A stretch of 64,000 nt of DNA from Candidatus Poseidoniales archaeon (GTDB lineage: Archaea > Thermoplasmatota > Poseidoniia > Poseidoniales > Poseidoniaceae). The stretch covers positions 16,688-80,687 of the forward strand of contig DUDM01000034.1 of the NCBI GenBank assembly GCA_012959275.1, given 5' to 3'. Under the pieces are notes generated by a model. The model was given only the letters and a program-made list of their open reading frames with translations, was not told the DNA's origin and searched no databases. This document shows positions 46,652 through 54,962 of the stretch, in pieces (within the stretch, counting starts at the first letter, position 1; each line of letters begins with the position of its first letter). A program made the translations under genes and the position numbers.

Positions 46652-49252
46652 TTGATAACCCCCCCTGCCTGTAGAATTAATTGGAGGATACCGGAGGTGC
46701 CAGCAAAGATCCGCAGTAATTACCGGCGAAGGCTGCTTACAACCCTCAGCATTTCTGGTTGCTCTGTTAGTGAGGCTGCTCAAAAAACAGGGCTTCGTTT
46801 ACCACACGCATCTGCAGAATTAAAGAAACTAAGAGGCGAGGGCCATGTTTCTGCGGATAGAGAGGGTGAGAGTAGAGGTTCGCACCAGAGATTAACCTCA
46901 TCAGGAATGAAATTACTTGAGTCAGATGAATTGGCTCGCTTGAAACAAGTTCTGAAGACTGGAGTGCCATCAGAAGCACAAGGATGCATTGTTGCTAGAG
47001 ATGGCGAATCACTACTGTTGGCTTACGCGGTTAATCCCGGAAAAGGCATTTTGTTGATACCAAATCAAGGGATGGAGATAATTAGTGATTCCAGTGGAAA
47101 CCAAGGGGATGAATTAGAATTCAGTTGGGTTACTCCTGTCGAGCGAAGAATACGCTGGTTTGATTCCAAAACTTTAGAGCCTACCCAAGCACCTGAATCC
47201 GGGCAATCAATGCAGACATTGGCTGCTTGGACTGAAGCAAACCAAGTTGTAGGATTAATCCGAGGGCGAACTTTGGATTATTCAAAAAGTGAGAATTTGG
47301 CTGTTGGAACTTGGTTTAAAAAACCGAAAATGAAGAACCCCCCTCCATTGCCAAATCTACTTCGTGATGGGGATTGGAATTTGGGTGAAGCACACGAATC
47401 TGCAAAGCCAGTGAAACCAGAAGTTCCACTTGTTGCGGTAGTACAGGAACGTTATGCTGCTTCTTTACTGACAAATGCAGCAAGTGAAGGGGCATGGGTA
47501 TTATCTGACCGAGCCGAATCCAACCCCATTCCAATTTCAGTTCTACAATGGTGGATTAGAGAAGTACATCCAAGACTACCTGCTGCTGAATTAAGAGATA
47601 GGCTTTCACAGGTACAAAAAGCAGCAGTTACTGGATGGAGAGGTCGAAGGAGGCGTTCAAGGCTGACAACAACATGGCAGAGATTCAGGGAATCTTGGCA
47701 AGATGTAGAGTGGCAAGAAGAACCGATTTATGAGAATCCTGCATCATTTAATATTCAGAGTTTGGATTCTTTAGCAGTGAAATCATTAATGCATTGGATT
47801 ATTGAGGATGCGAAGCAACCTTTGGTATTGAATTGGCCAACCCATCGAGATTTTGATGAAAATAAATTTGGTTCTTTACTAAATAATGGTTTGAACAGGT
47901 TGCTAATCACCCCCCATGAAATTAATTCTCCTAGTTTAGTTTTGGCCGAGGGCCCTGAAGGTTGGCCCGATTCGAGATTGAGATTACCAACAAACATTGA
48001 GATTCCTATATTGCTTGCAGAACAGAAAGAAGAGTTGATTGCACCACCTGATAATTGGACACGACCTTGGAAACCATCTGACATAATTCCCCTATCGGAA
48101 TCTTTTGACTTGGTCAAAACACCGGATGATGAATTGGAAGCATTATGGGTTGCTTGCTCTCTTTTCCCCGAGGGTGAGGAAAATTGGGCGAATAGACATG
48201 AAAGCAAATTTCCATTAGCAGCATGGATTGCTAGTAGCCAAGAGCACAGGTGGTCAAGATGGCAAAGAATTTCAAGATGGCTAAATTCTGAATGGATAGA
48301 GTTGCTACCCCCTGAAGAAGTGCCATTTTCTGAGCTGGTGAAATTATTGGCCCGAGCCACACCAGAATGGAGGATTCACGCCAGTCAAGTGATACGGAAA
48401 ACAATGATTCTGCAACCTGATGCAGTTATTGAGATGAGGAGATGGTGCAAAGAAAAATCAGATGCAGCAGTTTGTGCAGAACAAATCCTAGCAGTTGCGC
48501 CGTGGATTATCCCTCATTTAGGAAAAGCCATGGCTGTTTGGGCATACCAAGCATGGCAAGCATACCCAACTCAAGATATTGGGCCAGTATTAGAAGGTAT
48601 GAAATGGTGTGCTTGTCAAGGATTTCTCAAGAAATCATGGTCAAAGCCAATTGAAGAAGTTGCCATCAATTTGCGTTCAGGTCACCCATTGAGGCACTGG
48701 CTTTCAATCCTGAAGTGGACAACAGATGGAAAGACAATGAGGCTTGACTCAATGCGAAATTCATTCGAAGCATTACCTCTTGATTGGTGGGCTCATCTCT
48801 CTATCGAAGCATTGTCGCGACAACTCGAAGATGAAGATGGAAGAAGCTGGTTATTGGAACAACCAATTTCATGGGCTGCTGCTTGCCTAAGGCCACCAAC
48901 AGAGGAAGGAAGGTTACCAGGTGCGGATAGTCAACATCCAGGGATGGATATGAATTTAGTAGTTTCAATACGACATCACTTTGTGAATCTTGAAAATGAA
49001 AAAGGAGAAGGCAGTTCACATCTCTTAGATTTGATAGAAAGTATAGAAGACTTGGAACAAGGAAGCGCAGTAAAATGCGGTAGAACCCATCCAGCAGTTT
49101 CATGGTTGGTTAGACCAGTCGATGAGTGGGGGATATTAGACTTGACACCTGAAGGCTTTTCTTGCGATGAAATGGTCCAGGCAAGATTGGATATACGCGT
49201 CAGTGGTTTCCATTCTGGGCTATTAGAGTCCACACAAGCAAGGCTGCCTTGA
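46652..49252 (+). CDS. 866-aa orphan protein with N-terminal winged-helix (ArsR/MarR-like) domain
   Basis: Uninterrupted ORF with a non-ATG start (TTG 46652, or GTG 46697 lying 9 nt after GGAGG). N-terminal RRRLLTTLSISGCSVSEAAQKTGLRLPHASAELKKLRGEGHVSADREGESRGSHQRLT. The remainder is Trp/Arg-rich with no motif I recognise and no P-loop. Confidence 0.7.
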   Translation: MITPPACRINWRIPEVPAKIRSNYRRRLLTTLSISGCSVSEAAQKTGLRLPHASAELKKLRGEGHVSADREGESRGSHQRLTSSGMKLLESDELARLKQVLKTGVPSEAQGCIVARDGESLLLAYAVNPGKGILLIPNQGMEIISDSSGNQGDELEFSWVTPVERRIRWFDSKTLEPTQAPESGQSMQTLAAWTEANQVVGLIRGRTLDYSKSENLAVGTWFKKPKMKNPPPLPNLLRDGDWNLGEAHESAKPVKPEVPLVAVVQERYAASLLTNAASEGAWVLSDRAESNPIPISVLQWWIREVHPRLPAAELRDRLSQVQKAAVTGWRGRRRRSRLTTTWQRFRESWQDVEWQEEPIYENPASFNIQSLDSLAVKSLMHWIIEDAKQPLVLNWPTHRDFDENKFGSLLNNGLNRLLITPHEINSPSLVLAEGPEGWPDSRLRLPTNIEIPILLAEQKEELIAPPDNWTRPWKPSDIIPLSESFDLVKTPDDELEALWVACSLFPEGEENWANRHESKFPLAAWIASSQEHRWSRWQRISRWLNSEWIELLPPEEVPFSELVKLLARATPEWRIHASQVIRKTMILQPDAVIEMRRWCKEKSDAAVCAEQILAVAPWIIPHLGKAMAVWAYQAWQAYPTQDIGPVLEGMKWCACQGFLKKSWSKPIEEVAINLRSGHPLRHWLSILKWTTDGKTMRLDSMRNSFEALPLDWWAHLSIEALSRQLEDEDGRSWLLEQPISWAAACLRPPTEEGRLPGADSQHPGMDMNLVVSIRHHFVNLENEKGEGSSHLLDLIESIEDLEQGSAVKCGRTHPAVSWLVRPVDEWGILDLTPEGFSCDEMVQARLDIRVSGFHSGLLESTQARLP
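47089..47108 (+). promoter_or_regulatory. full ORB-like element TTCCAGTGGAAAC-CAA-GGGG, inside the coding sequence
   Basis: Second exact copy of TCCAGTGGAAAC in the same orientation, followed by a G-string as in full ORBs. It encodes SSGNQG of the 866-aa protein. Confidence 0.4.
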
Positions 49253-49290
49253 TATCGAATCATTGAAGAAGCATAGGCTGTCAGGACATC

Positions 49291-49578
49291 TTGCCACACC
49301 AGCAACACCGACTGGAGCAACTACCCCGCCGGGTAGACGTGATGAGAGTACGGTACCAATGAGTGTGGCATTTAGCCGTCAACGAAGACCAGGGGGATCC
49401 TTCGGGAGATGATGTCTGGTGCAAACTGGCGGCGTGATTATCGACTGAGTTTGGGTCCTTGCCCGACGAGAGGATGAATGTGAGACAACCCCTCGGTCGT
49501 ACAGATGCCCTGGTGTGAGGGTCATGCCCCTGAGGAGACTGTGAGGAGGGCTGTTACACACCGGGGCTCACTCTATCT
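49291..49578 (+). ncRNA. candidate structured noncoding RNA of about 290 nt with kink-turn motif(s); identity unresolved
   Basis: A 366-nt gap with no credible CDS. My hand count gives about 57 percent G+C over 49321-49560. Hairpin CUACCC-CGCC-GGGUAG at 49321-49336. K-turn hairpin at 49388-49420. Helix 49375-49380/49428-49433. Hairpin 49464-49499 followed by ACA. 10-bp helix 49508-49517/49557-49566. Boundaries are approximate. Confidence 0.5.
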
Positions 49579-49618
49579 TACACAAGGAATATCTCCTTCC
49601 CTCCCTGCCACTTCTTTG

Positions 49619-50626
49619 ATGGCAAGACAATTCAGCCGTTGTCTGGTAGGTGGAACCTTTGACAGATTCCATGCTGGCCATATTTATCTGCTCGATTTAG
49701 CACTTTCAAAATCTCAGCATGTTGAAGTTTGGATAACCGATGACAAGATGGTTTCAGATAAGGTAGGTATTCCATTAGAACTAGACAGGCGCATGGATGA
49801 ACTTTCCGAATGGGCTGAATTGAAACATGGAGATCGAATCAGCCTTCATATTCTTAGAGATAAATTTGGACCAGCACCACATCGAAAGGATTGTGATGCG
49901 ATTGCTTGCACTATTGAGACCAAGAGAAATTGTTTATCGATAAATGAGCAACGTTATGCAGCAGGATTGGAAGCCTTGGAAATCATTGTTGCTCCCCATA
50001 TTGAAGATGGTGCAGGAGGAATAATCAGCAGTACAAGAATAAGGGCTGGAATTATTGATAGAGATGGGAATCCATGGCTGGTCGATAATGACCAAGACCG
50101 AAAGATGCCGAAAGTACTGGATGATTCACTTAAGCAACCAATGGGCATTCTATATGAAGGTCCAGAAGAATACCCTGAATTAGCAATGCGGAAAGCATTG
50201 GAAGAAATCCCAAATTCTTCGAGCATCATAGCAGTTGGAGATGTATGCGTTCAAACTATGTTAGAGATAGGAGTTCGCCCATGGATTGGATTTATCGATG
50301 GCCGAACTAAAAGACAACTTCTCGATGAATCAGAAACAGTTTCAACAGAAGGTTGGGAAGCAATCATTCATTGTACAAACCCACCTGGTATTATCTCATC
50401 AGATTTGATAAAAACTTGTCGTAAATCTGTAAATTCAGATGGCACAGTGTTGGTGGTGGTGGATGGAGAAGAGGACCTCGTTCCCATCCCAATTCATATG
50501 ATGTTACCATTAGATTGCTACCTCATATATGGTCAACCAAACAAAGGTGTGGTGGTGCGAATTAGTGATGAAACTGTGAAGCAACGTTGCAGAGAAATGT
50601 TTGCTGCTTTTGAGGTGATTCCTTGA
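49619..50626 (+). CDS. bifunctional phosphopantetheine adenylyltransferase (archaeal PPAT) / GTP-dependent dephospho-CoA kinase (DUF359) fusion
   Basis: ATG at 49619 gives MARQFSRCLVGGTFDRFHAGH (the nucleotidyltransferase HxGH motif). The C-terminal half has VGDVCVQ, DGRTKRQ, NPPGII, VDGEEDLVPIP and YGQPNKGVV, matching the DUF359 DPCK pattern. Confidence 0.85.
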   Translation: MARQFSRCLVGGTFDRFHAGHIYLLDLALSKSQHVEVWITDDKMVSDKVGIPLELDRRMDELSEWAELKHGDRISLHILRDKFGPAPHRKDCDAIACTIETKRNCLSINEQRYAAGLEALEIIVAPHIEDGAGGIISSTRIRAGIIDRDGNPWLVDNDQDRKMPKVLDDSLKQPMGILYEGPEEYPELAMRKALEEIPNSSSIIAVGDVCVQTMLEIGVRPWIGFIDGRTKRQLLDESETVSTEGWEAIIHCTNPPGIISSDLIKTCRKSVNSDGTVLVVVDGEEDLVPIPIHMMLPLDCYLIYGQPNKGVVVRISDETVKQRCREMFAAFEVIP

Positions 50627-51687
50627 GTGAATATCCAATGGTAAGCATTACTGTCGCTGTACGTGATGCCGAGAAATGGGTCAACGATTGTTTGCAATCA
50701 TTAGTGAATCAAAGTTATCCTAATATCGAGATAATTGCAGTAAATGATGGTTCAAGCGACTCAAGTGGTGAATACCTTCAGAATTGGCACGACCCCGAGG
50801 GAAAGAAGGGAATTGCGGTTCATGTTGTCCAATTACCGGCAAGTGGGCTATCTGCAGCCCGTCAACATGCTTTGAAAATGGCAAAAGGGATGTGGGTCGC
50901 GATAACAGATATTGATTGCCAGCCTCATTCAACCTGGATTGAAAATCTAGTTAAACAATCAAAGGGAATTGATGATGAGGATGTTGTTAGTGTAGCTGGG
51001 CGGGTTATTTTTGAAGAAGGAGATACAGTGGTAAGTCGAATAAGGGCTCAGGAAATTGAAAGTAAGTACCTGAAGCGTTCCCGAAGAACTACTCTTGCAA
51101 ATGGCCCTTGTAGTATGTTTCTGAGAGAACGCTTGCTTCAAATTGGTGGCTTTAACCCTGAATGGTATCATGCTGAGGACATGGAAGTTTCCCTGAAATT
51201 AGTTGATTCAGGTGGAGTAATCATCCATACACCTGATGCAATCGTGCAACATGTTGCCGAATCATCTCTTCGGATATTCTTGCGCAAGCGTGCAAGAGAT
51301 GCTCGTGCCCATATGAGGATTGTTCGTAATTACCCTCAGAGGAAGCGCCAAGGTCCAGGATTTGATTTCATGGGGAGTTCTTGGTTTGTACTTGCCTTAG
51401 CTCCTTTTCTTGGAGGTGCACTTCTTCAACTGCTTAGAATTGGATTGACCGATGTGGAGTTTGATTATTCTGCCCTTGGTAGTCAACTGATGTTAGCGAT
51501 GATAGCAATTTATCTGTTGCTAGGAATCAAGTTATCAAAGGGATACCTTGGAAGGGGCAGTCTGAAAACCAAGATTATTGACAGTGTTCAATTGCCCTTG
51601 ATTCTGGCTTTTTGGAGCCTTTGGTTATGGAAGGGTATCATACTAGGTGTGATGGACGCAGTATTTTCCAAAAATGGCCACAGATAA
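50623..51687 (+). CDS. family 2 glycosyltransferase with C-terminal membrane domain
   Basis: VSITVAVRDAEKW, VNDGSSD, TDIDC (DxD) and the HAEDME region. Three or four C-terminal TM segments. Confidence 0.85.
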   Translation: MSEYPMVSITVAVRDAEKWVNDCLQSLVNQSYPNIEIIAVNDGSSDSSGEYLQNWHDPEGKKGIAVHVVQLPASGLSAARQHALKMAKGMWVAITDIDCQPHSTWIENLVKQSKGIDDEDVVSVAGRVIFEEGDTVVSRIRAQEIESKYLKRSRRTTLANGPCSMFLRERLLQIGGFNPEWYHAEDMEVSLKLVDSGGVIIHTPDAIVQHVAESSLRIFLRKRARDARAHMRIVRNYPQRKRQGPGFDFMGSSWFVLALAPFLGGALLQLLRIGLTDVEFDYSALGSQLMLAMIAIYLLLGIKLSKGYLGRGSLKTKIIDSVQLPLILAFWSLWLWKGIILGVMDAVFSKNGHR

Positions 51688-52311
51688 TTAGTCCATCGGC
51701 GCAACTTCGCCATCTTCTGCAGGCATAATGAATAAGGCAATACCGAACCCAATTAATGCTGCAGCGACAGAATAGACACCAGGATCAATCCATCCAGTGT
51801 GGGCGATTCCCCAATAAAAGTAGAAAATGATTCCAATTGCTAGAAGCCATGAGGAGAATGTTTTCCTCCAACCACCCTCTTCGGCATTCATCATTGCTAG
51901 CCAATAGTCGTTGACAAAGAGGTTTTTCAGCCATGCAGCCATGCCACCTTCAAAATGGGTATTGATGCCTTTTGCTCCTAGTCCAATGAGCACTAGCCCC
52001 ATAGTTAGGAATGCACTATCACCTAAGATGTGGAATCCTTGACCACTTGTTTCAGTAAACAAAATTTCCCCAAATGCACCAAGGCTCAAGAAACCGACCC
52101 AGGAGACTTTGCCACTTGGATGTGCCATCACAAGTACGTTGAGTATTCCCAATAGTAAGATCCAAGCCCCTAACGCGAAAAACCAAACCGAAATGCTGCG
52201 ACCCGGATTGAGGATGGAATTGATGAAGCCGCCTTCAGCCTCGCCCTTCTCAGTCTCTGACATGGCCACGCCGACCATCGGTTCTCGTTTAAGTGGCTCG
52301 GCTTGCTTCAC
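51688..52311 (-). CDS. hypothetical integral membrane protein, overlapping the orc1/cdc6 stop by 4 nt
   Basis: 207 aa with about six hydrophobic spans. Family not recognised. Confidence 0.6.
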   Translation of the reverse strand: MKQAEPLKREPMVGVAMSETEKGEAEGGFINSILNPGRSISVWFFALGAWILLLGILNVLVMAHPSGKVSWVGFLSLGAFGEILFTETSGQGFHILGDSAFLTMGLVLIGLGAKGINTHFEGGMAAWLKNLFVNDYWLAMMNAEEGGWRKTFSSWLLAIGIIFYFYWGIAHTGWIDPGVYSVAAALIGFGIALFIMPAEDGEVAPMD

Positions 52312-53558
52312 AGGCGAGTTTGGAACCTGTACGAACCTGAATCAACCGCACTAAGTGCTTCATCTGATGCAATCATTAATGAGGTAGCATCGATGGAAAT
52401 TGGCATACATGAGTTGATTTGTTTACTTCTTCCATAACGCCCTCGGCTAACGGTTTTCGAATTAATTAACCCTAACATATCAAGATTGGAGAGTAGGTCA
52501 GTTATTCTTCTTTGAGTGAGGTTATTCGTGCCATAATGTTGGCAGGCCTGTCTGTAGATTTCATAGACTTCACCAGTTGCAATATTTGAGAGACCATTCT
52601 TTTCATTGAGAAGCACAGAGTAGAGGACTAGTTTTTGTTGTGGAGGGAGAGTTTTGATTATCGGAGTTATCTGATCGCATTCAATTTGGTTTTGAGCCAT
52701 CCTTACATGTTGTACTTCTACTGTTTCACAACCGGATTGCTCAGCCTTTTCAGTAGATACTCTAAGCAAATCCAATGCTCTTCGAGCATCACCGTGTTCT
52801 TGGGCTGCAAGAGCAGAGCATAGTTGCAAAACACCTTCACTGAGAGAATTAGTTTTGATACCAATCTCAGCACGGTCTTCGAGAATATCTTTCAGTTGTA
52901 CAGCATCATATGGTGAAAAAATGACATCTTCTTGACCTAAACGACTTTTAACGCGGGGGTCGAGGTATTCGGTAAACTTCAAATCATTACTTATGCCAAT
53001 TACACAGCATCTGGCTTGGCCCCTTCTCTTCAAATCATCATTGATATTACATAGGTTGTAGAGTAGGTCATCTCCAACCTTCTTCACTAAATGATCTATT
53101 TCATCAAGAACGATAACATGTACGCCACCGCGTTCATTCATCCTCTTAACTAATTCTTCAAACACCCTGTCTGTTGGCCAACCGGTGAATGGAATATCTT
53201 CTTTTTCATTATCTTCTAATAATGAGTTTCCAAGGAAAGCAAGGACGCGATATTGGGTGTCTATCGTACGACAATTGACATGTACTGGGTTAACCGACTT
53301 GCCGATTTGTTTACCCTTGCCCTCAAGTTGTGAGCAGATGAACCTTGTAACCGCAGTTTTTCCAGCACCAGTTACGCCGTAAAGAACCATGTTGGAAGGA
53401 ATTTGACCTTTCAGAGCCTCAACCAAATTGAACCGAATGGCTTTAATTTCTTTCTTTCTATGCGGGAGTTCACTTGGATGGTGAGAATGCCTCAAGACTT
53501 CTTTATTGACAAAGAGACTAGGATGGGACAGAAGATTATCGAAAATATTTTCTCCCAT
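52308..53558 (-). CDS. orc1: Orc1/Cdc6 replication initiator
   Basis: ATG at 53558 (MGENIFDNLL). Walker A LYGVTGAGKTA, Walker B VIVLDEIDHL, a sensor region and a C-terminal winged helix (RRITDLLSNLDMLGLINSKTVSRGRYGRSKQI). Confidence 0.92.
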   Translation of the reverse strand: MGENIFDNLLSHPSLFVNKEVLRHSHHPSELPHRKKEIKAIRFNLVEALKGQIPSNMVLYGVTGAGKTAVTRFICSQLEGKGKQIGKSVNPVHVNCRTIDTQYRVLAFLGNSLLEDNEKEDIPFTGWPTDRVFEELVKRMNERGGVHVIVLDEIDHLVKKVGDDLLYNLCNINDDLKRRGQARCCVIGISNDLKFTEYLDPRVKSRLGQEDVIFSPYDAVQLKDILEDRAEIGIKTNSLSEGVLQLCSALAAQEHGDARRALDLLRVSTEKAEQSGCETVEVQHVRMAQNQIECDQITPIIKTLPPQQKLVLYSVLLNEKNGLSNIATGEVYEIYRQACQHYGTNNLTQRRITDLLSNLDMLGLINSKTVSRGRYGRSKQINSCMPISIDATSLMIASDEALSAVDSGSYRFQTRL

Positions 53559-53582
53559 TTTGTAACATCTCCTTGATTTCAA

Positions 53583-54027
53583 TTGAGAATCATATTTCCT
53601 CAGCCAACTTCAGCCACCTGATGAGGCATCCTAGTCCGAGGGGGGTATATAGGAACTATGGCATCAGCCTCATCGTGAATGGGATTTACTCTGCAGATGT
53701 TTAATATATTGAATCATTGAAATCAGCGCTTGGCATCAACAAGTAACTAATTATTACCTACTAGTCGTGCGTTTTTTACACTTACTCTTAAATTGAGAGG
53801 AGAAAACCCCCTCATAGTATCCACTACAAAACATAATGAGTTTACAAGGATTAATTGATTATGCATGAATCATTTATTAAAATTCAATTATGTTCTAAGA
53901 TTATAATGAAGGAATCAGAAAGGGAACATTTTTTGGAGTATATGAAGACTTTCTACTCGCTCCAATTGGCAAGATACATAAAGGTGCCATTAAATATCAT
54001 ATTTATTGATAATTAAACCACTATTAT
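53583..54027. other. candidate replication origin (AT-rich intergenic region upstream of orc1/cdc6)
   Basis: A 445-bp noncoding, very A+T-rich stretch. G-run 53640-53645 and an opposed C-run with a degenerate ORB-like element (reverse complement GTAGTGGATAC-TATGA-GGGGG, 53807-53829) bracket about 160 bp of AT-rich DNA. An 8-bp inverted repeat GATGAGGC/GCCTCATC lies at 53620-53627 and 53667-53674. Confidence 0.55.
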
Positions 54028-54825
54028 TTACACTTTATTGAGGCCCGATGAATCCAAAAGGAATTTATCTCCATCTGATATTTGAATTACATTAGGTGGT
54101 AATTTAGGCAATACATTCGAGATTATTGCCGTCAGTGGACTTGAAGGGTCGTCAAGGAAGGTGTGAGTAACTAGAAAAATCGTGTTGGGATTACTTTGAG
54201 AAATATCCAAAATACTCTTTGGGCTATAGTGTTGAGATGTTGGAACATGGTCTGGAACCCCCATCTCAATGACCACAACATCACACCTTCCAACTCTACT
54301 TTCAATCGCCTCGCAGGGTCCTGAATCCCCTGTGTGCATCAGCGATAGTCCAGATGAATGAGTTAATACATAGCCATGAGGATCAACTTCAGTATCATGC
54401 TCGACAGCAAAGCGCTCAAATTTCCATTTGGGATTATTCAGAATATTGCCATTGGAACCTTCATCCCAGTCAAATTCCTTTAGTCGTTCTTCCATACTAC
54501 TTGGATATGCGGTTTCACAAAGTGCAGATAGGCGCGCCTTGCACCCTTTTGGGCCATGTATTCCTAGTGGTTCTGCTCCACTCCTATCTGAAATCCACTT
54601 TCTTTCTAGAATTACAAAAGGGAAACCAAAGACATGGTCACCATGCCAATGGGTGAACATAATACTGTTTAATTTTGAAGGCGATAATTCGATACGGCGT
54701 AAAGAGGCCAAAGCAGTGGGGGGGCAATCGATGAGAATTGAATCATTGATTAGTAGTAAGGAGTGAAATCTTCCTTGTGGAAGGAAGGCATTGCCACTTC
54801 CAAGGAATTCCAACTTCACCGCCAT
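54028..54825 (-). CDS. metallo-beta-lactamase-fold hydrolase
   Basis: THWHGDH motif, with downstream His/Asp ligand positions (HTGDSG). Confidence 0.8.
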   Translation of the reverse strand: MAVKLEFLGSGNAFLPQGRFHSLLLINDSILIDCPPTALASLRRIELSPSKLNSIMFTHWHGDHVFGFPFVILERKWISDRSGAEPLGIHGPKGCKARLSALCETAYPSSMEERLKEFDWDEGSNGNILNNPKWKFERFAVEHDTEVDPHGYVLTHSSGLSLMHTGDSGPCEAIESRVGRCDVVVIEMGVPDHVPTSQHYSPKSILDISQSNPNTIFLVTHTFLDDPSSPLTAIISNVLPKLPPNVIQISDGDKFLLDSSGLNKV

Positions 54826-54962
54826 AACCCGTGCAGGGGCTTTTGTGGTTTGACTGTTTCAGCGCGTCAGTGCTGAATGGATATGCACATGACTTACCTA
54901 ATATTGATGAATGAAGGTCGAGTCGCCGCCGCCGAAGAGGGTGTTTTCCCCGCGGTGATTAC

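Noticed and set aside
47755-48360. 201-aa minus-strand ORF inside the 866-aa gene
   Set aside because: The plus-strand frame is open for 2.6 kb, which is far less likely by chance. The antisense product is Ser/Asn/Gly-rich with no features.
49291-49578. Assigning the structured RNA to SRP (7S) RNA or RNase P RNA
   Set aside because: The size fits either. On neither strand can I find the SRP helix-8 signature (AGG ... GNAR loop ... AGCA) or the RNase P CR-I string GAGGAAAGUCC with a matching P4 partner. Partial resemblances to RNase P 3'-half strings occur in the right order (GGAGCAA, GGGUAG, GAUGAAUG, ACAGAU). The 5' half would then have to lie inside the upstream CDS, where G+C is not elevated. 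I therefore left the identity open.
53861-54016. 51-codon ATG ORF (MHESFIKIQLCSKII...) inside the AT-rich region next to orc1/cdc6
   Set aside because: Its Ile/Lys/Phe-rich composition is what AT-rich noncoding DNA yields by chance. There is no ribosome-binding site. The region is better explained as origin or promoter DNA.
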